A stretch of DNA of 32,000 bases, from contig NZ_CP066019.1 in the NCBI RefSeq assembly GCF_016127575.1, positions 1,890,001 to 1,922,000 of the forward strand, written 5' to 3'. The notes below the pieces were generated by a model that saw only the letters and a program-made list of their open reading frames with translations, did not search any database and was not told the DNA's origin. This document shows, piece by piece, positions 1 to 9,099 of the stretch (position 1 is its first letter; each line of letters begins with the position of its first letter). A program made the translations under genes and the position numbers. This DNA is from Cupriavidus necator (lineage in GTDB: Bacteria > Pseudomonadota > Gammaproteobacteria > Burkholderiales > Burkholderiaceae).

Positions 1-131
1 GCGCGCCCTCGAGCCGGGCAGGATCTGAAAAATGTTGATGGCGACGGAATAACGACCCTGGCATGTTCGTCTGACTGGAACACAACGCATGACTGCTCCA
101 TGCATGTGATCTCAAACTGAAAGGATCGAAC

Positions 132-998
132 ATGAAACTGAACCACTCGCTGCTGGCCGCCATGGCCTCCTTCGCCGCACTGACGTTTGCACAGGCCGCC
201 ATGGCGCAGGAAAGCGCTGTCACCCGAGCTGGCCCGATCAAGAACATCGTATTGGTTCACGGTCTCTATGCCGATGGCTCTAGCTGGGAGAAAGTCATTC
301 CGCTGTTGCAGGCGCAGGGGTTGCACGTGACATCCGTGCAGAACCCGACAACATCGCTAGATGCCGATGTCGATGCGGTCAAGCGCGCCTTGGCGCAGGA
401 GGACGGCCCGACGCTGCTAGTGGCCCACTCCTACGGCGGAATGGTGATCTCGCAGGCCGGTGACGATCCAAAGGTGGCGGGCCTTGTCTATATCGCCGCA
501 CGCGCGCCGGACGCGGGCGAGGATTATCCGGCGCTGACGCGCAAGTTTCCGGCGGCGCCGGCCTCCGCTGGACTGCTATGGTCGGCCGATGGCTTTGGCA
601 AGCTGTCCATGCAAGCCTTCTTGAACGATTTCGCCGGTGACCTTCCACGGAAGGAGGCCGCGACCTACTACGCGGTGCAACAGCCGATGGGCAAGGCGAT
701 CACGATGGCCAAGACTACGGTTGCGGCATGGCGTAGCAAGCCCACGTGGTATGCCGTTTCGACCGAAGACCGCACTATCAATCCCGATCTTCAGCGATTC
801 ATGGCTAAGCGCATGGGTGCCGAAACGATTGAAATCCCTTCCAGCCATGTCTCGCTGATCTCCCGCCCCAAGCAAGTCGCAAATCTGATTCTTCAGGCGG
901 CCGGCAACCAGCAGGGTACCCGTGCGGCGCAAGCGCGGACTTTCTCGAACCATTATGCCGTGACTACCGCTCGCGACCCGTACACCGATGGTGTGTGA
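132..998 (+). CDS. secreted alpha/beta-fold hydrolase (esterase/lipase-like)
   Basis: 288-aa ORF with AAAGGA 6 nt upstream of the ATG. Sec-type signal peptide (MKLNHSLLAAMASFAALTFAQAAMA-QE). VLVHG block, nucleophile elbow AHSYGG and a late SSHVS His block match the alpha/beta hydrolase layout. Confidence 0.85.
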   Translation: MKLNHSLLAAMASFAALTFAQAAMAQESAVTRAGPIKNIVLVHGLYADGSSWEKVIPLLQAQGLHVTSVQNPTTSLDADVDAVKRALAQEDGPTLLVAHSYGGMVISQAGDDPKVAGLVYIAARAPDAGEDYPALTRKFPAAPASAGLLWSADGFGKLSMQAFLNDFAGDLPRKEAATYYAVQQPMGKAITMAKTTVAAWRSKPTWYAVSTEDRTINPDLQRFMAKRMGAETIEIPSSHVSLISRPKQVANLILQAAGNQQGTRAAQARTFSNHYAVTTARDPYTDGV

Positions 999-1130
999 CA
1001 CCGGGGAACCGCGCACGCTTCAGCCACCGGCTTTGGGCGACCGCATTGGCGGCGCCTCGATGCTCTCGCAGGAACTGGCACCGCTCCCTTACCGCTCGGT
1101 GTTCGGCTGGTCCGGCATAGCGCCACTGCG

Positions 1131-1320
1131 TATTTCGGGGCGCGTGATCAGCGATTTCGGGGGAACGTGATCACCTGTTTCGGCGGGAAGCTGATCGCTG
1201 GTTTCGGCGGAACGTGATCACTTCGGCGACGCTGCCGAAATCGGTGATCATGATCCCGAAACGAGTGATCACGTTGCCGAAACGGACGATCAAGCAGCCG
1301 AAACGGGTGATCAAGCACCG
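1131..1320. repeat. mirror-arranged array of GTGATCA / TTTCGG units (4-5 forward, 4 inverted) at the 5' side of an IS21-family fragment
   Basis: Forward GTGATCA-N4-TTTCGG units have cores at 1144, 1167, 1191 (CTGATCG) and 1214, a 23-24 bp period, plus an extra TTTCGG at 1133. The dyad centre is near 1230 (TTCGGC gacgct GCCGAA). Inverted CCGAAA-N3-GTGATCA units have cores at 1244, 1265, 1286 (ACGATCA) and 1307, an exact 21 bp period. I count nine GATC sites by hand. Confidence 0.8.
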
Positions 1321-1410
1321 TAATGAGGCCGGGCAAGGGCTGGGGGTGGGACTGCGCATGGACTAGAACGCCGGCGATACGCTGCTTCCCTTTTGCAAGG
1401 AAGCAAGCTG

Positions 1411-1520
1411 ATGCCGGCCAACCGGATGACCATGCGCAAGATCAAGGAAGTGCTTCGCCTGAAGTGGGCGTGTGGCCTTTCGCACCGGCAGATCGCTAGG
1501 GCGACGGGTGTGAGTGTTGG
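1411..1520 (+). pseudogene. istA: IS21-family transposase IstA, 5' fragment (HTH region only), truncated by IS3 insertion
   Basis: AAGGAAG lies upstream of the ATG at 1411. MPANRMTMRKIKEVLRLKWACGLSHRQIARATGVSVG matches the conserved N-terminal HTH signature of IS21-family (IS408/IS1162-like) IstA. The reading frame is broken exactly at the IS3 inverted repeat (1521). No istA continuation or istB is present downstream of 2834. Confidence 0.7.
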
Positions 1521-1549
1521 TGAACCGCCCCGGTTTTCGTGGAGGCCCC
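1521..1549. repeat. IS3 terminal inverted repeat (orfB-proximal end)
   Basis: TGAACCGCCCCGGTTTTCGTGGAGGCCCC pairs with the reverse complement of 2806-2834. The first 13 nt are identical and the rest is imperfect. Confidence 0.7.
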
Positions 1550-1559
1550 TTGGCTTGAG

Positions 1560-2460
<901 letters not shown>

Positions 2461-2464
<4 letters not shown>

Positions 2465-2784
2465 GACTTGAATCGGCGGTCGAGCTCCGCCTGGGCGAAA
2501 AACGCACTGGCCAGCTTCAGGATCTCGTTGGCCTTGCGCAGTTCGCGAACCTCGCGCTCCAAATCCTTGATGCGTTGGGCTTCTGCCGTGGTTGTGCCCG
2601 CGCGCTGGCCGCTGTCACGCTCATGCTGGCGAACCCAATTCAACAAGGTCTGCGGAGTACTGCCGATCTTTGCTGCGATCGACACCACGGCAGCCCACTG
2701 CGATTCGTGCTCGCCACGATGCTCGAACACCATGCGCACGGCGCGCTCGCGGACCTCGGGGGAAAACTTCACTGACTTCCTCAT
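2461..2784 (-). CDS. IS3-family transposase OrfA (HTH protein)
   Basis: 107 aa. It has an HTH region ([13 protein letters not shown] ... [19 protein letters not shown]) and a C-terminal leucine-zipper-like region ([25 protein letters not shown]). A T-run (GTTTTTC on the coding strand, 2497-2503) lies where the -1 frame is open and may be the slippery site (low confidence). Confidence 0.85.
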
Positions 2785-2805
2785 GGCTCCATTCTCTCAA
2801 CGATT

Positions 2806-2834
2806 GGAGCCTCCTCAAAACCCGGGGCGGTTCA
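2806..2834. repeat. IS3 terminal inverted repeat (orfA-proximal end)
   Basis: The reverse complement reads TGAACCGCCCCGGGTTTTGAGGAGGCTCC. It ends in ...TTCA, giving the TG/CA termini typical of the IS3 family. Confidence 0.7.
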
Positions 2835-2940
2835 TCTTGGACGCTCTCGCAGGTTTTATAGAATCCCAAGCATTCCATGCACAGCTCGATGGAAGTATCT
2901 TTCTGCAAGAGGACGTTTAATCAATCCAATTGGAGATGAC

Positions 2941-3702
2941 ATGAGTAATTCCCTTGAAGGAAAAGTCGCCGTGATCACGGGCGGCACAACAGGAATCGGT
3001 CTGGCAATCGCCAAGGAATTCGTTGCGGAAGGCGCTAAAGTTGTTGTGACGGCGCTTCAACAGGAGGCACTCGACGAAGCCGTCAGGGAAATCGGCCCGC
3101 GCAGCTTCGGTGCCAAGGCGGATGCTTCCAGCATTGCCGAGATGGACGCGCTGCTGAAGCGAGTCAAAGCCGATCACGGGAGATTGGATGCCGTCATCGC
3201 CAACGCCGTCGCTGACGAGCATGCGCCGCTGGGCAAGATTACAGAAGAACAGTTCGACAAGATGGTCGGCGTCAATCTCAAGGGCGTGCTCTTCACCATC
3301 CAGTCTGCGATGCCGCTGCTGGAGAGCGACGGCAGCATCATTCTTATCGGGTCGACCGCTTCAGTCGCCCCACCCGCTGGCATGAGCATCTATGGCGCGA
3401 TCAAAGCCGCATTCCACGGCATGGTCCGGTCCCTGATCCAGGATGCCAAAGACACCGGCGTCCGGATCAACATTCTGAGCCCGGGGGCAGTAGACACGCC
3501 TTCCCTGCGCAGAGCGCTTATCAAAGCGGCAGGCGCCGACATGGCGGACGCCATCGTTCAATCCATCGCGCAACGAAGCCCAGCGGGCCGCATCGGTGAT
3601 GCTCGCGAAATCGGCAAGGTCGCGGTTTTCCTCGCCAGCGATGCATCAAGCTATGTGAACGGCGTCGAGTTGTTTGTCGACGGCGGATTGAGACAAGTTT
3701 GA
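2941..3702 (+). CDS. short-chain dehydrogenase/reductase (SDR) family oxidoreductase
   Basis: GGAGA RBS. TGGTTGIG cofactor motif (VITGGTTGIGLAIA). An NAV-type block and catalytic Y-x3-K (SIYGAIKAA). 253 aa. Confidence 0.9.
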   Translation: MSNSLEGKVAVITGGTTGIGLAIAKEFVAEGAKVVVTALQQEALDEAVREIGPRSFGAKADASSIAEMDALLKRVKADHGRLDAVIANAVADEHAPLGKITEEQFDKMVGVNLKGVLFTIQSAMPLLESDGSIILIGSTASVAPPAGMSIYGAIKAAFHGMVRSLIQDAKDTGVRINILSPGAVDTPSLRRALIKAAGADMADAIVQSIAQRSPAGRIGDAREIGKVAVFLASDASSYVNGVELFVDGGLRQV

Positions 3703-3745
3703 GGCTTCCGCGCTAAGCACGGGGACCCCGCCCGCTGCCTGATCG

Positions 3746-4672
3746 CTACCGGCTTGCCTTCGCGAAGAGGCACCGGTAGCGCCCGGGGGCCATGCCTGAG
3801 GAACGCTTGAAGGCGCTGCTGAACGCGCTTTCAGATGAATAGCCCAGCGAACGGCCAAGTTCCGATATGGGCATGACGCCCTCGCGCAATTCATACTCGG
3901 CAAGGCACATGCGCAGGTTCTGCAGGTAAGTCAGGGGCGGGATGCCCGCACCAGCCTTGAAGCGAATGGCGAAGCTGGAGCGTGACATGGCAACTTCCTT
4001 CGCCAGTTGGCCAAGCTCCCATGCCCGGCCAGGCTCGCGGTGCATCAGGCGCAACGCCGGAGCGAGGCGCTCGTCGCTGAGTGCCTTGACCCATCCCGCC
4101 ACACAAGGCCCGGAAGCATCGAGATATGACCGGATGGCCTGAACACACAGCAGCTGCGCAAGCTGCCTTGTTGCCAGCGCAACCCCTGGTCGCTCAGAGA
4201 CAAGCTCCTGAACAAGTTGATTCAAGAGCCATTGCACGACCGCAGCCTCGGCCGAATTTCCGCCGATATGAAGGTATGGTGGCAACACCTCCGAGAGCAG
4301 CTTGCCACGCTCGCGGTCCAAGGCAATGTGAGCACCAACGGCGAAGAAATCTAGACCATGGCCGAGTGTCACCTTGCTTTCTAATGCACCAGAGAAAAGC
4401 TCACGGCCATCGACGGACGCTGTCTGCAAGTCGCTCGCCAGCACGAAAGCCAGGTCGGCTGGCAGCACGAACACGTCGCCTCTCGTCACCTCGCGCGGCG
4501 CGGTCATCCCTTCGATGGTCAGCCAGCAGGCACCCTTCACGACAACCATAAACTTGAGCTGCCCGGGCGGAGGGAATCGCAATGCCCACGATCCTCCCGC
4601 AGCCAGGCTCCCGACGTCGACGCACTGCGCGCTGGCCAGGGTGAGAATGTCAGTGAGTGGGTCCTCATTCAT
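3746..4672 (-). CDS. AraC family transcriptional regulator with N-terminal cupin-type sensor domain
   Basis: 308 aa. The C-terminal double HTH (LAKEVAMSRSSFAIRFKAGAGIPPLTYLQNLRM ... LGRSLGYSSESAFSSAFKRSSGMAPGRYR) is the AraC/XylS signature. The N-terminal half is beta-rich and cupin-like. Confidence 0.85.
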   Translation of the reverse strand: MNEDPLTDILTLASAQCVDVGSLAAGGSWALRFPPPGQLKFMVVVKGACWLTIEGMTAPREVTRGDVFVLPADLAFVLASDLQTASVDGRELFSGALESKVTLGHGLDFFAVGAHIALDRERGKLLSEVLPPYLHIGGNSAEAAVVQWLLNQLVQELVSERPGVALATRQLAQLLCVQAIRSYLDASGPCVAGWVKALSDERLAPALRLMHREPGRAWELGQLAKEVAMSRSSFAIRFKAGAGIPPLTYLQNLRMCLAEYELREGVMPISELGRSLGYSSESAFSSAFKRSSGMAPGRYRCLFAKASR

Positions 4673-4720
4673 GGTGCATGGGTGGCGCGGAGGCCAGCGC
4701 GGTACGGGTTTTGTTCTCAG

Positions 4721-5749
4721 CTAGATTTCGACAACGATCTTGCCGAAATGGCGACCGGCTTCCTGGTGCCGGAACGCGGCAGGCAGTGCTTCCAGGGGAA
4801 AACTGGAATCGATCACTGGGTGCACTCCAGCCGCCTCGATCGCACGGATCATCTCCAGCTGATCCGTGCGGCTGCCGACCACAACCCCCTGCAGCCGGAG
4901 TTGCCGCGCCATGATCCGCCCCGTGTCGACACGGCCGGCCGTGCCTGCGAGCAAGCCCACGAGCGCAATGCTGCCGCCGGTCCGGCAGGCCTCGATCGAC
5001 TGGTTAAGCAGGTCGGCGCCGCCGATGTCGACAATGTGATCGACGCCCCGGCCGCCCGTCCATTGCCTGGCCGCGCGCCCCCAGTCCGGCTCCGCCTTGT
5101 AGTGGATCACGTGGTCCGCCCCGAGCGCGCGAAGACGCTCCAGCTTGCCCTCGGAGGATGAGGTCGCAATCACCGCTGCCCCCCTCGTCTTGGCGAACTG
5201 CAGCGCGAACACCGACACCCCGCCCGTGCCCTGGACAAGCACCACATCGCCAGGACCGATGCCGCCACAGCATCCAAGTGCGCGCCACGCGGTCAGGCCG
5301 GCGCAGGGCAGGGTTGCGGCTGCCGCCAGCGAGAGGCCAAGCGGCACGCGCGTCAGGGCGGCCGCCGGCACCACGGCAAACTGGCGCGCGTACCCGTCGA
5401 CGTGTTCCCCGGCAACGGCGCCATGCTTCCACTGGGCGGGTGCCCCTTCGCGCCAGTGACGAAAGAACGTCCCCAGCACCAAATCGCCCACGCGCCATGC
5501 CATGGACGGATCCGCCTCACCCCCGTGTGGCGGTCCTACCTCAACAACTTCGCCCGCGCCGTCGGACAAGGGGATACGGCCCTCGGCAGTCGGCATGCGG
5601 CCCGTCACCACGAGGTAGTCGTGGAAGTTCAGCGAGCTGCCGCGCACCCGCACCAGCACCTCCCCGGGTCCCGGACGACCCGGCTCCTCATCGAATGGCA
5701 CCAGTTGATCGATGCCGGCGGGCCGTCCCAGGCGTATCGCTGTGGCCAT
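4721..5749 (-). CDS. zinc-type alcohol dehydrogenase / NADPH:quinone oxidoreductase-like (MDR superfamily)
   Basis: MATAIRLG...GEVLVRVRGSSLNFHD is a zeta-crystallin/QOR-like N-terminus. The nucleotide fold is VLVQGTGGVSVFALQFA. I chose the ATG at 5749 (AGGA upstream). An alternative ATG at 5794 overlaps the upstream ALDH stop by 1 nt (TGATG), so the start is uncertain. Confidence 0.85.
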   Translation of the reverse strand: MATAIRLGRPAGIDQLVPFDEEPGRPGPGEVLVRVRGSSLNFHDYLVVTGRMPTAEGRIPLSDGAGEVVEVGPPHGGEADPSMAWRVGDLVLGTFFRHWREGAPAQWKHGAVAGEHVDGYARQFAVVPAAALTRVPLGLSLAAAATLPCAGLTAWRALGCCGGIGPGDVVLVQGTGGVSVFALQFAKTRGAAVIATSSSEGKLERLRALGADHVIHYKAEPDWGRAARQWTGGRGVDHIVDIGGADLLNQSIEACRTGGSIALVGLLAGTAGRVDTGRIMARQLRLQGVVVGSRTDQLEMIRAIEAAGVHPVIDSSFPLEALPAAFRHQEAGRHFGKIVVEI

Positions 5750-5793
5750 GTCTATGGTCCTGTAAAGATCCCGGGCGTCCAGCCGGCTGCGCA

Positions 5794-7215
5794 TCAGGCA
5801 CGTAGCTGGATTGCCTTGTACTCAAGAAATTCTTCCAATCCGTAAATTCCGTTCTCGCGACCTTGTCCGGATTGCTTATATCCGCCGAACGGAGCCAGGG
5901 GGTTCCAGCGGCCGCCGTTGATGTCGACCTGGCCCGTGCGCAATTGCCGCGCGACACCGAGAGCACGATCATCCGTTCCGGCCCAGACAGCGCCCGACAG
6001 TCCATATATCGTGTCATTGGCGATATTCACGGCCTCGGCCTCGGAGTCATAAGGAATGATCGTAAGTACGGGGCCGAAGATCTCTTCCCGTGCAACCGTG
6101 CTCCGAGGATCCGCGACGAACACCGTGGGCCGGACGAAATACCCGTCACCGGTGCCGGCCGGGGCCTCGGGTCCACCGGTCACGAGTTCGGCGCCTTCTT
6201 CGAGGCCGAGGCGAATGTAGCTGAGCACCCGGTCCCGATGCGCTGCCGACGCCAGCGGACCCAGCTTTACGCCTTCGGCAAAGGCACTTCCTACGACAAA
6301 CGAATCGGCTGCCTGGCGCGCCAATTCGCGTGCGTGGTCCAGGCGGTCTCTAGGCACCAGCATGCGAGTCCATGCTGCACAGGTCTGGCCTGAGTTCAGA
6401 TAGCAGTGTGAAACGGTGGCTTGGACGGCCTTCGCGAGGTCGGCGTCGTCAAGCACAATCGATGCGCTCTTTCCGCCCAACTCCAGCGAGATGCGCTTGA
6501 TCGTCTCCGAGCCGATCCTGCTAACCTGCTTGCCGGCGCGCGTTGACCCGGTAAACGAGACCATGTCCACCTCTGGGTGCGCTGCCAGTGCCTCACCGAC
6601 CAACGGACCGAGACCCGTCACCAGATTGAATACTCCCGGCGGCAGGCCGGCCTCATGAATGACCTCGGCAAGAACGAAGGCATTGAGTGGAGCGATTTCA
6701 GACGGCTTCAGGACAACCGTGCACCCACTGGCAAGCGCCGGCGCGATCTTCTGCGTGATCTGGTGCAGCGGATAGTTCCAGGGCGTGATGGCGGCGACCA
6801 CCCCCACGGGTTCGCGCACAACCATTGAGTTGCCAACGCGCGCTTCATAGTCAAACTGCTGTGCCAGTCTCGCGTAGTACGCCCAGGAATTCGCGGGCGC
6901 GGCGACCTGGACCAGTGAGCAGGCCCGCAGCGGCGTACCGACCTCTGTGGCAATCAGCCGCGTCAACGCGTCACCGCGTTTCAGCAGGCCATCGGATACC
7001 TTTTGCAGGACCTTCGCACGATCGGCTGACGAGGTCTGAGACCATCCGGGGAAAGCCGCACGCGCTGCACTGACGGCCGCATTCACGTCCGCCTCGGAGC
7101 CGGCAGGGATGGTGGCAAAGAGGTCGCCCGTGTTCGAGTCTGTCACCTGCAGTGTCCCGGCAGAGGACGGCGTCAGCCAATGTCCTCCAATATAGAGAGT
7201 GGTGCGTTCGATCAT
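5794..7215 (-). CDS. NAD(P)+-dependent aldehyde dehydrogenase
   Basis: 473 aa. ALDH hallmarks are present: ITPWNYPL, FTGSTRAG, ELGGKS, catalytic Cys in SGQTCAA, and EEIFGPV. Confidence 0.9.
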   Translation of the reverse strand: MIERTTLYIGGHWLTPSSAGTLQVTDSNTGDLFATIPAGSEADVNAAVSAARAAFPGWSQTSSADRAKVLQKVSDGLLKRGDALTRLIATEVGTPLRACSLVQVAAPANSWAYYARLAQQFDYEARVGNSMVVREPVGVVAAITPWNYPLHQITQKIAPALASGCTVVLKPSEIAPLNAFVLAEVIHEAGLPPGVFNLVTGLGPLVGEALAAHPEVDMVSFTGSTRAGKQVSRIGSETIKRISLELGGKSASIVLDDADLAKAVQATVSHCYLNSGQTCAAWTRMLVPRDRLDHARELARQAADSFVVGSAFAEGVKLGPLASAAHRDRVLSYIRLGLEEGAELVTGGPEAPAGTGDGYFVRPTVFVADPRSTVAREEIFGPVLTIIPYDSEAEAVNIANDTIYGLSGAVWAGTDDRALGVARQLRTGQVDINGGRWNPLAPFGGYKQSGQGRENGIYGLEEFLEYKAIQLRA

Positions 7216-7233
7216 GTAACAGTCTCACGTCGC

Positions 7234-8838
7234 TCAATCAGCATGCGGAAGATCCGACCCCGCCTGCCGCCACTGAGCCAGGACTTCTCGCTTGGCGACC
7301 TTGCCGGCAGCATTCGTTGGCAGTGCCTCGGCGCGCAGCCACCAGCGGGAGGGCACTTCATGCCGCCCGAGCAGCGCGGCAGCATGGGCGCGCAGGCGCT
7401 CAGGCGTAACGGTGGTACCCGGCCTTAAGACAACAACGGCGCCGACTTCCTCGCCAAGGTCGGCGTGCGGCAGTGGCACGACCGCTGCTTCGACCACATC
7501 GCCGTGTTGAAGCAGACATTGCTCGACTTGCGCGCATGCGATGTTCTCCCCTGCACGGATGATGATGTCTTTGGAACGGCCAACCAGGTACAGGTAGCCC
7601 TCGGCATCGAGCCAGCCGCGGTCGCCCGTGGCAAACCATCCGTCCGGACCGGTCATCGGCTCAGGGTTGCGAAGGTAGCCCCGGGTCATCGTGGCGGTGC
7701 GCACCATGATCTCCCCTACCCCCGCGTCGTCAGGGGCGTCGATCCTCACCTCGGCCAGGGGTAGCAGCCTGCCAACACACCCTTTGGGCCGGCCTTCGAT
7801 CTCTGCGCTCGATCCTGCCGCCAGGACACCGCCAGCCTCCGTCATCCCATACAGGCTGCCCACCCGCTTTTGCATGGACGGGAACGCCTTCTGGATCCTG
7901 GCGCGAAGATCGTCGGACAGAGCCGCGCCACCCATCGGGATCGACCTCAGGCTGGTGGTATCGAAGTTGCCGAACAGTTCGTGCTCCACCACGCGCGAAA
8001 CCATCGTGGGCACACTGCCCCAGACGCGCACCCTTTCCTGCTCGATGAGCCTCAGCACCGTCACCGGATCGAAGCGTCCCTCCAGCATCACCAGGGTCCC
8101 GCCGGTCAGCAGGGTGGTCGTGGCGATCTGGATGCCTCCCATGTGGAACAGCGGCATGGTCAGCAGGCTGATGGTCCCCGACGCCTCGGGCGCGAGTTCG
8201 TCAGGCAGGCGCCCGGTCAGGACCAGAAGATTCTGGATATTGGCGATGAATGACCGGTGCGAGATCACCACCGCCTTGGCATCGCCCGTGGTGCCGGAGC
8301 TGAACATGATAACGGCGGTCTCGTCCTCCATGTCAGGCGCAGGCTCCGGGCATGGAAACGCCGCAGTCGTGTTGCGCAAGGCCGCGCCAATCTCATCGAA
8401 GGAAGTGGTCAACCACGGCCCCCGGGGCGACGCCGTCGCCCTGTCCGTAATGAGCAGCGTCGGTTCAGCCAGCTCCGCGCAAGCTTGCGCCTGTGCATTG
8501 CCCCACATTGCATTACCAAGGACTGTCACGCCGCCAAGACATTGCACCGCCCAGAACACAAGCAGCCACTCCAGGCTGTTATGGCCCAGCAACATCACGC
8601 TCGTCCTGCGGCCAATCCCCTGCGCGGCCAGGAAGCCGGCGACGCGCCGTACGGCGCATTCGAATTCCCGGGTGCTCAGGCGCAGTTCACCTTGCACAAT
8701 GAACGGACGGTCTGCCCAGCGGCGCGCGTCGAGCAGAAACTCGGCCAGTGACGTCGGACGATATGTATAGACCAGTGTTGAGTAGTTCTCAACTCTTGCT
8801 CTCGCGACCTCGCGAGACCAGCGTCGTGGGGTGATCAT
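7234..8838 (-). CDS. AMP-dependent acyl-CoA synthetase/ligase (ANL superfamily)
   Basis: Motifs found: FSSGTTGDAKAV (AMP-binding P-loop), YGMTEAGG, GDRGWLDAEGYLYLVGRSKDIIIRAGENI, and a C-terminal GKVAKRE lysine. The track ORF extends to 8967, but its first 43 codons are Arg/Pro/Trp-rich. The ATG at 8838 was chosen, and the start is uncertain. Confidence 0.85.
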   Translation of the reverse strand: MITPRRWSREVARARVENYSTLVYTYRPTSLAEFLLDARRWADRPFIVQGELRLSTREFECAVRRVAGFLAAQGIGRRTSVMLLGHNSLEWLLVFWAVQCLGGVTVLGNAMWGNAQAQACAELAEPTLLITDRATASPRGPWLTTSFDEIGAALRNTTAAFPCPEPAPDMEDETAVIMFSSGTTGDAKAVVISHRSFIANIQNLLVLTGRLPDELAPEASGTISLLTMPLFHMGGIQIATTTLLTGGTLVMLEGRFDPVTVLRLIEQERVRVWGSVPTMVSRVVEHELFGNFDTTSLRSIPMGGAALSDDLRARIQKAFPSMQKRVGSLYGMTEAGGVLAAGSSAEIEGRPKGCVGRLLPLAEVRIDAPDDAGVGEIMVRTATMTRGYLRNPEPMTGPDGWFATGDRGWLDAEGYLYLVGRSKDIIIRAGENIACAQVEQCLLQHGDVVEAAVVPLPHADLGEEVGAVVVLRPGTTVTPERLRAHAAALLGRHEVPSRWWLRAEALPTNAAGKVAKREVLAQWRQAGSDLPHAD

Positions 8839-8887
8839 AGGAGTGGTACCAATGCAGACGACTACGTTGACGGGAGTCCAGCCACCA

Positions 8888-8912
8888 GGCCTCGACATCC
8901 GGGGTCGAGGCC
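8888..8912. terminator. GC-rich hairpin between lysR-type gene and acyl-CoA synthetase gene
   Basis: GGCCTCGAC-atccggg-GTCGAGGCC is a 9-bp perfect stem. There is no U-tract on either strand, so terminator function is speculative. Confidence 0.25.
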
Positions 8913-9099
8913 ATGGCCCCACGCGGTACCGACCATTGACCGGGATACCCCGATGCTGATCGCACATCGCATGGGTAGTAGTAGACCCCGTGCGCTGGCG
9001 GCGATCAACACAGCGGAGCGAACAAGAGTACTTCGCCAGGCGAGAGATGCAGCGCGTACCGGATTGGGCGACGTGATTTCGCCGACCGGGAATCGCGCC

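Noticed and set aside
1-131. Possible promoter or riboswitch upstream of the hydrolase gene (TTGATG hexamer, repeated CATG)
   Set aside because: No convincing -10 element lies at a proper spacing, and I could not verify any conserved structured element. The region is too short and sits at the window edge.
1131-1320. Possible CRISPR array because of regularly spaced short repeats
   Set aside because: The units are contiguous (21-24 bp period) with no unique spacers. They occur in both orientations around a dyad, and no cas genes are present. They sit at the end of an IS21-type fragment, so they are better explained as transposase-binding or terminal repeats.
988-1359. Track ORFs 988-1170(+), 1148-1336(-) and 1171-1359(-), with repetitive peptides such as RFG...ITRFG and DHxFRQR
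   Set aside because: The peptide repeats are a direct translation of the DNA repeat array. There is no RBS and no recognisable domain.
8839-8967. N-terminal extensions in the ORF track for several genes: 7234-8967, 10983-11234, 13352-14332, 15470-16735, 21011-22477, 27205-28548 and 28388-29443
   Set aside because: The extensions overlap upstream genes or intergenic hairpins, are compositionally odd, and precede internal starts. Most of those internal starts have good Shine-Dalgarno sequences (the acyl-CoA synthetase ATG at 8838 does not), and all match the usual family N-termini. The shorter coordinates were used.
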